From Clostridia bacterium (GTDB taxonomy: Bacteria > Bacillota > Clostridia > Oscillospirales > CAG-272): a DNA stretch of 64,000 nucleotides. Both the position numbers and the translations under genes were made by a program. Positions 47,064-55,522 of this stretch are shown piece by piece; positions within the stretch are counted from its first letter, which is position 1; each line of letters opens with the position of its first letter. The stretch lies in assembly GCA_017462485.1 (NCBI GenBank), contig JAFTRA010000035.1, forward strand, positions 168 through 64,167, read 5' to 3'. Under the pieces are notes generated by a model. It worked only from the letters and a program-made list of their open reading frames with translations. It was not told the origin of the DNA and searched no databases.

Positions 47064-48119
47064 ATGATAATTTATTCTAAATCTTCGGGTCTTGCCGACA
47101 GTGCTATCGGTAAGCTCGAAACACCTATCAAAATGGTAATTGAGCACGAAAGCGATATGCAGACCAAAAAGGGCGGTATCTGCGACTGGCTCTTCAACGT
47201 TGAAAGAAGCGGCAAGTTCGGCGAGACCATCGTCGGTCAGAACGAATTCGACGTATTCCGTGCGGCGCCTGAGGGTAGCGGAGCGGAAAACGATACCATC
47301 TCGGAAACCTACAGAAAGTTTATTGAGCATATCCAGTTTATGAAGGAGTTCACCATTACCGCAGAAATGATGGAGGACGCAAACTACGGAGTTGCGCAGG
47401 ACGCAAAGCGCAGAGCAGAAAACTTCACCCGCGCTTACTACAAGACTATGCACAAAATCTGCGAATACGCTCTTGCCTCCGGTACTCTCCTTTCGGGCAG
47501 CTTCGCAAAGGCAAAGCTTGACCTTACCGCTCCCGACGGTCTCCCCCTCTTCTCCGCTTATCACAGCTATGGCATAGGCGACAGCAAGGGCACACAGTCC
47601 AATTATTTCTTTGGTGATATATTCGGCACGGGTACGGATGGCAGACGCGCAAGCACTGCCGTCTTTGAGGAAGCGCTTGGCGAGCTCGCTGTTAAGATAC
47701 GTAATATGAAGGACGAAAACGGCGAGGTTCTCGGCTACACCGCAGATACCATAATTCTCCCCGGCAACCGTCCTCTTGCTGAGGCGGTAGCTAAAAAGGT
47801 TTGCGGCTCCGAGGGCGCTCTCGGTAACGGCTACAACGATATAAACCTTCAGTACGGTAACTGGAATATCGTCGTTATGCCCAACTGGCAGACCGAGGAC
47901 GACAGAGTTATGATAATGTCCTCCGAGGCAAACAAGAACCTCTCAGGTAATATGTTCTTCAACCGTGTTCCTCTCACCGTAAGCAACTGGGTGGATCATC
48001 ACACGGGTAACTACATATGGGGTGGCAGATGCCGTTTCGGTGTAGGATTTGGCACGTACAAGCACATTCTTCTTGCGGTTGACTCCGCAAGCTCGGTTGC
48101 GGGAGCATCGGCTCTTTAA
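47064..48119 (+). CDS. Major capsid protein
   Basis: 351 aa following scaffold-like and decoration-like genes. Strong AAAGGAAAGGAA RBS, and a terminator hairpin follows. Assigned from position, size and composition. Confidence 0.7.
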   Translation: MIIYSKSSGLADSAIGKLETPIKMVIEHESDMQTKKGGICDWLFNVERSGKFGETIVGQNEFDVFRAAPEGSGAENDTISETYRKFIEHIQFMKEFTITAEMMEDANYGVAQDAKRRAENFTRAYYKTMHKICEYALASGTLLSGSFAKAKLDLTAPDGLPLFSAYHSYGIGDSKGTQSNYFFGDIFGTGTDGRRASTAVFEEALGELAVKIRNMKDENGEVLGYTADTIILPGNRPLAEAVAKKVCGSEGALGNGYNDINLQYGNWNIVVMPNWQTEDDRVMIMSSEANKNLSGNMFFNRVPLTVSNWVDHHTGNYIWGGRCRFGVGFGTYKHILLAVDSASSVAGASAL

Positions 48120-48259
48120 TCCAAAGCTCTGCGTACCGAAAGTCAATCTAACATAAGTGTTAGATATGGTAAGAGTAATAATCGAGGCTTTAATATAAGC
48201 TTTCCAATCTCGTATTATTCTCTTGCCCGACATAAGATAACGCTTTTACTGAATTTCTT

Positions 48260-48299
48260 GGCTGTTTCAAGCTTTAATAATCTTGGAACAGCCTTTTTC
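48260..48299 (+). terminator. Internal intrinsic terminator after the major capsid gene
   Basis: GGCTGTTTCAAG-(10 nt)-CTTGGAACAGCC (12 bp, one G-U pair) followed by TTTTTC. Confidence 0.65.
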
Positions 48300-48326
48300 A
48301 AAAATGCCACAAAGAAAGGACAAAAA

Positions 48327-49169
48327 ATGACACTGAATCAACTTTTATCCGAGGTTTACGCTCTCGGCTTTGAGGACAGCTTTGAAATCAATGACGTTTT
48401 TATATTCTCGGCAAACAGAGCTTTGCGTCTTATTTTCCTTGAGCTTGCGTCGCCAAGGGTGGCAAAAATCCATGTAAGACGCGAAGACGTTTGCTATCGG
48501 CTTGATAGATATACGCACACACCAGGAACAAGCTTTGAGATAAAGACAGATTCCGCAAGGGCATACAGCTTCCGAGCCTATGGCAACGGAGAATACACGA
48601 TAATTGACAACAATGGTAGTCAAATCAAGCGTTTTACAGGAGCTGTCAGTGAATCAAGAGGAGTCTTTTCGGGCGATGGAAAAATAGTTTTCACAGGTGA
48701 TTTTTCCTATACCGTAACAGACCTTTCGCTCTTCTCTTCCCTTAAGGACGGCAACCTATCCTCAATTCCGATAGTATCGGACACTATACAGATAGACCTC
48801 AAAAAATACATAGGTGATCTTCTCTGCGCGACGAATGCTCCGACAGATGCGTCAGGTAAAGCTATCCCCGGTGCTGCTGTGCTTGGAGATACGCTTATTT
48901 TACCCGAAGACTTTTCGGGTGAGGTTACCGTTTATTATAAGCCCTCTCCAAATACAATTGGAGTTGACGACCTCAATTATTCCATTGATATGCCAAAACT
49001 TTTCGAGCCCTTACTTCCTCTTCTGACAGCGGCTTATTTATGGCTTGACGACGACGAGGAAAAGTCGCAATACTATATGAATATTTACAAGGACGAGGCG
49101 GCAAAGATAAGACTTACACTTATGAGAGCTCATAACTCAAGCTATACCGACACTACGGGGTGGGCGTGA
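48327..49169 (+). CDS. Phage-cluster structural protein, unknown function (possible adaptor/connector)
   Basis: ATG 48327 follows GAAAGGA; the ORF is open from 48258, but that stretch overlaps the terminator hairpin. 280 aa. Confidence 0.6.
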   Translation: MTLNQLLSEVYALGFEDSFEINDVFIFSANRALRLIFLELASPRVAKIHVRREDVCYRLDRYTHTPGTSFEIKTDSARAYSFRAYGNGEYTIIDNNGSQIKRFTGAVSESRGVFSGDGKIVFTGDFSYTVTDLSLFSSLKDGNLSSIPIVSDTIQIDLKKYIGDLLCATNAPTDASGKAIPGAAVLGDTLILPEDFSGEVTVYYKPSPNTIGVDDLNYSIDMPKLFEPLLPLLTAAYLWLDDDEEKSQYYMNIYKDEAAKIRLTLMRAHNSSYTDTTGWA

Positions 49170-51874
49170 TGAGTTATCTTAACAAAAACGGCTACAAAAG
49201 CCGCTCGGAATACAGCGTAGTTTACGAGGGTATGAGGGGTGTGGATTTCAGAGAAAGCGGCTCGGGGATTTCAAGAAACCGATTTGCCTATCTTGAAAAT
49301 ATGTACCGCGATTACGACGGCGACGGCGCGGGAGTTATAGAAAGTATTCCAGGATATCGAAAAATATACGATTTCGGAGAAAGAATAAACGGTCTTTACT
49401 CCTACAAAAGCTCACACGGATACGACGTTATGGTTGCGCACGCGGGAAGCGCTCTTCACGAATTTTACGTTGACGACAGAGACGCTGTTTTTTCAATCGT
49501 TAAAACAGAGGGCATCAAGGACAGAGCGAGCGACTCGTTTATTTCAAGAGATTCGCTTTTCGTGCTTGACGGAGAAAACATTTTCAAGCTTTCCGATAAA
49601 TACAGGGGAAAGGTAAACGACAGCGGCGGCGGAATTTACGTACCTACCACCTATTACAACGGTGAGGAATACGAGCAAAGAAATCTTCTTACGAGAAAAT
49701 TTTACGAAACGTACAATATCGGCTCGTGCGAATCGCTTGCCTTTGCGACGCCGTCGCTTAAATACGCTATAACAGACAGCGAGGCTCTTTTATGCAAGGT
49801 CACGGGCATAAGTGACGACAGCTCCGAGCTTTATATTCCCTCTCGCGTGCTCATAGGCGACAAATATTACTCGGTGAAGCATATTGAAGCCGGAGCGTTC
49901 AAGGAAAACAAAAGCATTACCAAGTGCTATATAGCTAACGGAATATCGACGATAGGCGCAATGGCATTTCATAGCTGTACCTCTCTTAAAAAGGTGATAC
50001 TTCCCGACAGCGTAACCTTAATAGACGCAGCCTGCTTCTCGGGATGCCTTTTACTTAACACTCTGCATTTGGGACGAGGACTTCGCAGAATAGAGACAAG
50101 CGCAACCAACAGTTGTACGGACCTCAAAGAAATAACATATTCGGGAAGCGAAAGCGATTTTCAGTCTGTAGAAAACACCGAAACCCTTGGCGAAACACCT
50201 ATAATTTACGACACTCAAATTACCGAAATCACGCTTGGAATAAAGATTTTCAGCCCTTGCGTTTCCATAGAAGAGGTAACGGCAGGCGGTAGTACGTGTG
50301 AATTTTCGGTAGTGATGAAGGGAGAGCTTTGCGACACGCTTAAAATCCACTTTGACGACAAATCTCTGTACGAAGGAAAAGACGTTAAGCTGCTCGGAAC
50401 TCTTTCGGAAAATCCCGAGCATTACACAGGCGTTCACACCGGCTTTATCACCTCTAATCATATCGAAGGAAAGAGCATCGCGGCGGCAATTCTCGGCTGC
50501 ACGGTGGCTGAAAGCTTTGACGGAAGAATATTCCTCACGGGAAACCCAAGTTATCCCGGCTTCACCTTCTTTTCAGCATTCGACACCACGGGAGAAAACA
50601 ATCCGCTTTATTACGGAGAGCTTAATTATTTCAAGGACGGAGTAGGCAGATTTGCGAACGTAGCGTTGCTTGCCACGTCGGACTCTATTGCCGTATTCAA
50701 GGAAAGAGACGACGGCGGCGGAAGTATCTATTATCACACACCCAGCGCCACGGGAGAAAATCTTATCCCTAAAATCTATCCCGTATCGTACGCGCATAAC
50801 GGATTTTCGGCAAAGGGGCGCGCTATATCTTTCTTCGATGACCCTGTGTTTATAAGCGAGAGAGGTCTTTCGGCACTTTCCAAAAAGGCGATAAACCTCG
50901 AAAGAAGCATCGCAACCAGGTCAACCAACATAAACCCGAAGCTTCTGACGGAAAACCTTTCGGAAATAAAGCTTGCGGTATGGCGAGGCTATCTCGTTCT
51001 TCTCTCGGGTGAGAGAATTTATCTTGCCGATTCGAGAGACGTATTCGTTTCAGAAAAGGGCGATATGGAGTACGAGTGGTACTTTATATCCGGAATCGGC
51101 TCGAGAAAGAACGCAAAAAATGCGCACAGATACTCCTCGGTAGCTCACACTGGTTATGCCGTTCACGAGAATGCCGACGGTATAGCGGAGGGCGAGGTTC
51201 TTGGATGCTCTAACGGAGATTATATTATAAGATACGTTATCGAAAACGGCATAAAGTACGAGGTTTATCAAACCGAAGAGCTTATTGGAGGTGAGTTCTA
51301 TCCGCCGACACATCTGTGCGCCGTAGGAGACCTTTTGTTCTTCGCTACCTCTGCCGGAGAAATTTACGTCTTCAACAGCGACAAGCGAGGTATAGCTCCT
51401 CCCACGGTTTCTCAAAATCCAAGCTTTGACAAGGAGGAATACGAGGACGCATATAAAAGACAGCTACACCCGTATTACTACTCCTTTGCCGGACACGCTC
51501 CGCGTTACGCCCTGCAAACCAAGCGCGACGACTGCTCTATCCCCCACCTTACAAAAAGCACCGTCAAAAACTCACTGACCTTAAAATGCAGGGCTATTGC
51601 CTCGGGAAAAATAAGGTGCGAGGTTGGTACGGACAACGAGGGTTACAGCGAAATATGCGCTTTCCCAGGTCACGATATGCTCTTCGCCGATATGGATTTT
51701 ACGTCTGTTTCGATGAGCACGGAGGACATATACACCGTACCCGTGCACGAAAAAAGCAAGAACTGGATAGAAAAGCAGATAACGATTTATTCTGACGATT
51801 ACGGCTCTCCGTTCGGGCTTTATACGATAGCCTACCGATTCTTCGTTAAGGGCAAAATCAAGAAAAACAGATAA
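49169..51874 (+). CDS. Large phage-cluster structural protein with an embedded BspA-type LRR module
   Basis: About 900 aa. TGATG junction with the upstream gene. The segment around 49820-50180 encodes LRR units (HIEAGAFKENKSITKCYIANGISTIGAMAFHSCTSLKKVILPDSVTLIDAACFSGC). Confidence 0.7.
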   Translation: MSYLNKNGYKSRSEYSVVYEGMRGVDFRESGSGISRNRFAYLENMYRDYDGDGAGVIESIPGYRKIYDFGERINGLYSYKSSHGYDVMVAHAGSALHEFYVDDRDAVFSIVKTEGIKDRASDSFISRDSLFVLDGENIFKLSDKYRGKVNDSGGGIYVPTTYYNGEEYEQRNLLTRKFYETYNIGSCESLAFATPSLKYAITDSEALLCKVTGISDDSSELYIPSRVLIGDKYYSVKHIEAGAFKENKSITKCYIANGISTIGAMAFHSCTSLKKVILPDSVTLIDAACFSGCLLLNTLHLGRGLRRIETSATNSCTDLKEITYSGSESDFQSVENTETLGETPIIYDTQITEITLGIKIFSPCVSIEEVTAGGSTCEFSVVMKGELCDTLKIHFDDKSLYEGKDVKLLGTLSENPEHYTGVHTGFITSNHIEGKSIAAAILGCTVAESFDGRIFLTGNPSYPGFTFFSAFDTTGENNPLYYGELNYFKDGVGRFANVALLATSDSIAVFKERDDGGGSIYYHTPSATGENLIPKIYPVSYAHNGFSAKGRAISFFDDPVFISERGLSALSKKAINLERSIATRSTNINPKLLTENLSEIKLAVWRGYLVLLSGERIYLADSRDVFVSEKGDMEYEWYFISGIGSRKNAKNAHRYSSVAHTGYAVHENADGIAEGEVLGCSNGDYIIRYVIENGIKYEVYQTEELIGGEFYPPTHLCAVGDLLFFATSAGEIYVFNSDKRGIAPPTVSQNPSFDKEEYEDAYKRQLHPYYYSFAGHAPRYALQTKRDDCSIPHLTKSTVKNSLTLKCRAIASGKIRCEVGTDNEGYSEICAFPGHDMLFADMDFTSVSMSTEDIYTVPVHEKSKNWIEKQITIYSDDYGSPFGLYTIAYRFFVKGKIKKNR

Positions 51875-51904
51875 GCGGAAATTTTAACGCTTGGAAAGGA
51901 AAAA

Positions 51905-52372
51905 ATGAACACAACTAAAATTTTAGAATCAGAAATCGCCGATATGAAAATTTCATCTCTTCCCTCAAGGCCCACCGCCCCCACGGCGTTTGGCGGAAAG
52001 GGATATACCGCAAACGAAATGAAAGCGGCGTTTGACAAGCTCCCCTTGTACATAATTGAGAGATTCAACATGCTTCTTTCGGACATCGAAGGCTCGGGAG
52101 AGGGCTCGCTTGCCGCAGCCATTCCCACAAAAATAGCCGATGGGCATACCTTAAGTCAGCTTTTTCTCGATATATGCGACGGTGTCTTTGCCTCGTATCT
52201 TTCACTGGGCGATGAAACGCTTGAGGAAATGAAGTCAAGACTCCTTGATGAAAAGGAGAGCTTCGAGGAGCGTATCGCATACTGCCTCACTCATATCGCG
52301 GACAGCGTTATAGACGGCTCGTCGCCGTCATCGAGAAATACTGAAACCGGGGAGGTGTTGAAGATTGATTAA
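51905..52372 (+). CDS. Phage-cluster protein, fibre-associated N-terminal motif
   Basis: ISSLPSRPTAPTAFGGKGYTANEMKAAFDKLP resembles a motif I recall from N-termini of prophage tail-fibre proteins. This is memory-based only. Confidence 0.5.
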   Translation: MNTTKILESEIADMKISSLPSRPTAPTAFGGKGYTANEMKAAFDKLPLYIIERFNMLLSDIEGSGEGSLAAAIPTKIADGHTLSQLFLDICDGVFASYLSLGDETLEEMKSRLLDEKESFEERIAYCLTHIADSVIDGSSPSSRNTETGEVLKID

Positions 52373-52832
52373 AAGTATTCGTCACCTATCCGGAACCGAG
52401 TCGGAATGGGACACTCATAATCTCGTTGTGCCTGACGGAGAAATCTCAATTCTCAAAACCAAGGGCGGAAACAAAAAAATCAAGATAGGAAACGGCACGG
52501 ACAGATTTTCCGAGCTACCCTCACTTACAGGCGACGCTGTAAAAACCGATGCGATAGCAATAACGCTTATGCACGGGAAAAGCTACCGCTTGGGCGTTGC
52601 CGCTGCGCTTGAGCTTTCCTTCCCCGACGTCATCGATGACGACTATTACTCTGAGATAAGCTTCGATTCCGGCACTGACGCCACCGAATTTTCGGTTTCG
52701 GGCTCGCTTCGTCTTACGGGCGATGACGTTGCCGATGAAGAGCTTTTGCCTAAGACCAACTATCATTACACCGTATTTATATGGTATGACGGAGACTTCC
52801 AAGGAGTCGTAAGAGGTTTGCCTAATGATTAA
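52365..52832 (+). CDS. Phage-cluster protein with a tail-fibre/hyaluronidase-type N-terminal domain (Mtd_N-like)
   Basis: TTG start after GGGGAGGTG. GTESEWDTHNLVVPDGEISILKT...KIKIGNGTDRFSELP matches the R-G-T-x-x-W...GE...K-I-GDG...W..LP pattern of fibre N-domains. Confidence 0.6.
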   Translation: MIKSIRHLSGTESEWDTHNLVVPDGEISILKTKGGNKKIKIGNGTDRFSELPSLTGDAVKTDAIAITLMHGKSYRLGVAAALELSFPDVIDDDYYSEISFDSGTDATEFSVSGSLRLTGDDVADEELLPKTNYHYTVFIWYDGDFQGVVRGLPND

Positions 52833-53958
52833 AGAAAAAGCCGGACTTTTTAAAAAAACACTCGTATGGCGCCATTTATCAAAGGGTATAGACGCGATAA
52901 GCTTTCCTGCCGAAGTAAAAAAAAGCAATATCGAACACTTCAAGCTTTACGGAAAAACCGTAATTTCGGACAGCGGCTCTATGGAAAGCGTCGGGGATTA
53001 CGACTCCGAGAGCGAAAAATATCTTATGAAGCTTCATATTCACGGTAAAAACTATATGAGCGGAGATGCATTCGCAGAGATTTTTACCGCCAGCGGAGCT
53101 TCAAAAACAAACACGATCGAGAGCGGGGGAAGCTTTCTGACAAAGCCGACGATATCAACAAACGGTACGGTTGTCATCAACAGAAGCCATATTCGTTTCA
53201 AGGAAAAAACCGCCTATACCATAGCCACTCAAATCAGAATGCTACACAGCGGACCGACTAGGGACTTCAGACTTAGGTTCGACTATTCCGACGGAACCAG
53301 CTATTTCCCTAAAATTGAGAGCAATACTATATTGTTAAAAGGATGCGTTTCAAGCGACCCCGAGAAAACCTTGGTTTCGCTTTCCTCTTACACGGAGGCG
53401 GATTTAAACATTCGCTTTATATTGAAGTGGTTTGGCATCTACGAGGGGACTCACACCTCTTTTAACGACACGTACGAGGCGTACAGCGGAACGTGGGTAG
53501 ATGTAAAGTTGAATGCCCCCCTGATGAGTATAGGATATACATCCGACGAGCTTGATATGCTTACGGGCCAGGTCACAAGAAAAATCGCAACTCAAAGGAT
53601 AGACTCAAGCGTTCAGTGCGCCGCAAGCTCAACCGAGGGCGTTTACATAATAATGCTTGACCATCCTATGCGCCCCGGAAGCAAATTCATCTCACCTTAT
53701 CCCGATTTCGATGCGGGTGAGGAAACCGGCATACGCGTATCCGAGGACGGCAGAATGATATATCTCAAGCTCCCGGAGAGCGTCACGATTGACAATTTAC
53801 TTGAATACCTCGAAAACAATCCCTTCGATATAACCTACGTATTAAAGACTCCTTTGACAGAAACCGTTTCTTTACCTACTCTTATTCTTAATAACGAAAG
53901 CGTTATAGAGATATTCACAAACGTAGCTCCGAGGAAAGTAGTAGCGGTATATGTATAA
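52825..53958 (+). CDS. Putative receptor-binding / tail-fibre distal protein
   Basis: 377 aa, beta-rich. HGKNYMSGDAF and the C-terminal YVLKTPLTETVSLPTLILNN...VAVY resemble jelly-roll fibre tips seen in Firmicutes prophages. This is memory-based only. Confidence 0.5.
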   Translation: MIKEKAGLFKKTLVWRHLSKGIDAISFPAEVKKSNIEHFKLYGKTVISDSGSMESVGDYDSESEKYLMKLHIHGKNYMSGDAFAEIFTASGASKTNTIESGGSFLTKPTISTNGTVVINRSHIRFKEKTAYTIATQIRMLHSGPTRDFRLRFDYSDGTSYFPKIESNTILLKGCVSSDPEKTLVSLSSYTEADLNIRFILKWFGIYEGTHTSFNDTYEAYSGTWVDVKLNAPLMSIGYTSDELDMLTGQVTRKIATQRIDSSVQCAASSTEGVYIIMLDHPMRPGSKFISPYPDFDAGEETGIRVSEDGRMIYLKLPESVTIDNLLEYLENNPFDITYVLKTPLTETVSLPTLILNNESVIEIFTNVAPRKVVAVYV

Positions 53959-54024
53959 TCAAAGGCTTTATTTTTCGAAAAATCAAACTTTTGTTCTTTG
54001 TTTTTTCGAAGAAAGGACACAGAA

Positions 54025-54447
54025 ATGATAACATTAGTTTACAAATTTATTGAATCAAAGGATTTTAACGTTCCGTCAATGTTCGTTCTTTTTGATATAA
54101 ACGAAGACGGCGGAGAAAAAATTAAAATTAGTGCTTCTGAGAAAAAATGCGAATATATTCTTATAGGCAACAATAAATACCGAATGAAGAATGGCGAGGC
54201 TGAAATCGAGCTTTCGGATATTGAGGACGGAGAGCTGAACCCGGAAATAGCCGTAGGAACGAAGAGATATCTTGCCTCTCCGTTTTCCAAAAGCGGCTAT
54301 GAGATTAAAAGATGCAACCTTTCTGCCGACACCGAGGGAGTAATGAGCAAGCTTTTGTATAGCATCTCTTTATCTCTTAATTCGGCTACCGAAAGAATCG
54401 CATATCTCGAAGAAAAAATCAAACCAAAGGATTTATTCAAATTCTAA
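54025..54447 (+). CDS. Phage-cluster protein, unknown function
   Basis: ATG 54025 follows GAAAGGA; the ORF is open from 53998. 140 aa. Confidence 0.55.
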   Translation: MITLVYKFIESKDFNVPSMFVLFDINEDGGEKIKISASEKKCEYILIGNNKYRMKNGEAEIELSDIEDGELNPEIAVGTKRYLASPFSKSGYEIKRCNLSADTEGVMSKLLYSISLSLNSATERIAYLEEKIKPKDLFKF

Positions 54448-54465
54448 AAAGAAAGGAAAAACAAC

Positions 54466-55179
54466 TTGAAACGTAAAAACTTGACACGTATATGGGCTAT
54501 ATGCCTGATTTTCGGAATTTTATGCTGCCTTTTCACTCCGATTTTTGCTTATGCCGAAAGCGGCTCAGACACTATCGAAAATGCCGCTGTGCAAGCTGAC
54601 GAAAGCGAAGACGGTGAAGCTTTGGCTGACAAAAGCACAGATAATAGCGAAAGCTTATCCGATAATGCTTCCGACACCGATAGCGGCGAGGACAAAACGT
54701 TTTTCGGATCGCTTTATAATGCTGTAGAGGAAAACGTATCCGAAATTTTATCTCTCCTTGCATTTCTCGGCTCGGTTATCATAATGCTTTGCTACAAACG
54801 CGGATTCCTACCGCTTCTAAGCGACGGAATAAAGGCTCTTATCAGCGGAGTTAAAAGCATTGGTGAGAAAACCGAAAGCTTAAACTTAACCTCGGAGGAA
54901 TTTAACGGCAAAATTAAAGAACGGATAGACACGCTCGAGGCTGTTCTCGAAAAAACCGACGGTATCTTGAAGTCAATCGAAGAAAAGCTTGACGAGGCGG
55001 AAAGCACCAAAAGCGAACGTGAACAGCTAAAGACGGTGCTTTCTTGCGAAATTGATATGCTCTATGAAGTTTTCATGGCAGCTTCTCTCCCCCAATATCT
55101 CAAGGATAACGTTGGAGAAAAAATTGCCGAGATGAAGCGATTGACCGTAGGAGCTGACAGTCATGACAGAGAAAATTAA
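54466..55179 (+). CDS. Bitopic membrane protein: signal peptide, acidic ectodomain, TM helix, coiled-coil tail
   Basis: TTG start after GAAAGGAAA. Signal-like IWAICLIFGILCCLFTPIFAYA, a Asp/Glu/Ser-rich stretch, the TM helix LSLLAFLGSVIIMLCY, then a heptad-like C-terminus. Confidence 0.6.
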   Translation: MKRKNLTRIWAICLIFGILCCLFTPIFAYAESGSDTIENAAVQADESEDGEALADKSTDNSESLSDNASDTDSGEDKTFFGSLYNAVEENVSEILSLLAFLGSVIIMLCYKRGFLPLLSDGIKALISGVKSIGEKTESLNLTSEEFNGKIKERIDTLEAVLEKTDGILKSIEEKLDEAESTKSEREQLKTVLSCEIDMLYEVFMAASLPQYLKDNVGEKIAEMKRLTVGADSHDREN

Positions 55180-55522
55180 GGCATACTTACTGATTTTCTT
55201 AAGCACTTTTATTTCGGTAGCTCCGGCTGTTATCGCAACGGTAAGCTATTTCCCCCTATGGAAAGAGAGGGGCTCAGCGGCAGTTCTTTCGGGATTTACA
55301 CTTGCGCTTCTGATAATAGCCGCCGCTCCTTTTTTAAAGTTCATAAAGCGCATATTATCCTCGCCTTCTATATTCGTTACGTGGTTTATAATATTCGTTT
55401 TATTCCTACTTTTAAAAAGCATAGCCGATGAAATGGTAGTTATCTCATTCGTCGGTTTCGTATCAAACGCCATAGGAGCGCTCATTTACAAGCTTGCCGA
55501 AAGGAAATTAAAGAAAGCATGA
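55163..55522 (+). CDS. Small 4-TM membrane protein (holin-like size and topology)
   Basis: 119 aa with four hydrophobic helices and a basic C-terminus (ERKLKKA). It overlaps both neighbours. Confidence 0.55.
   Translation: MTEKIKAYLLIFLSTFISVAPAVIATVSYFPLWKERGSAAVLSGFTLALLIIAAAPFLKFIKRILSSPSIFVTWFIIFVLFLLLKSIADEMVVISFVGFVSNAIGALIYKLAERKLKKA

Noticed and set aside
46638-47564. 308-aa ORF on the minus strand across the decoration-like and major capsid genes
   Set aside because: It is fully antisense to two well-supported, RBS-preceded + strand genes. It has no RBS and an implausible Cys/Val/Phe/Arg-rich composition. It is a typical shadow ORF.
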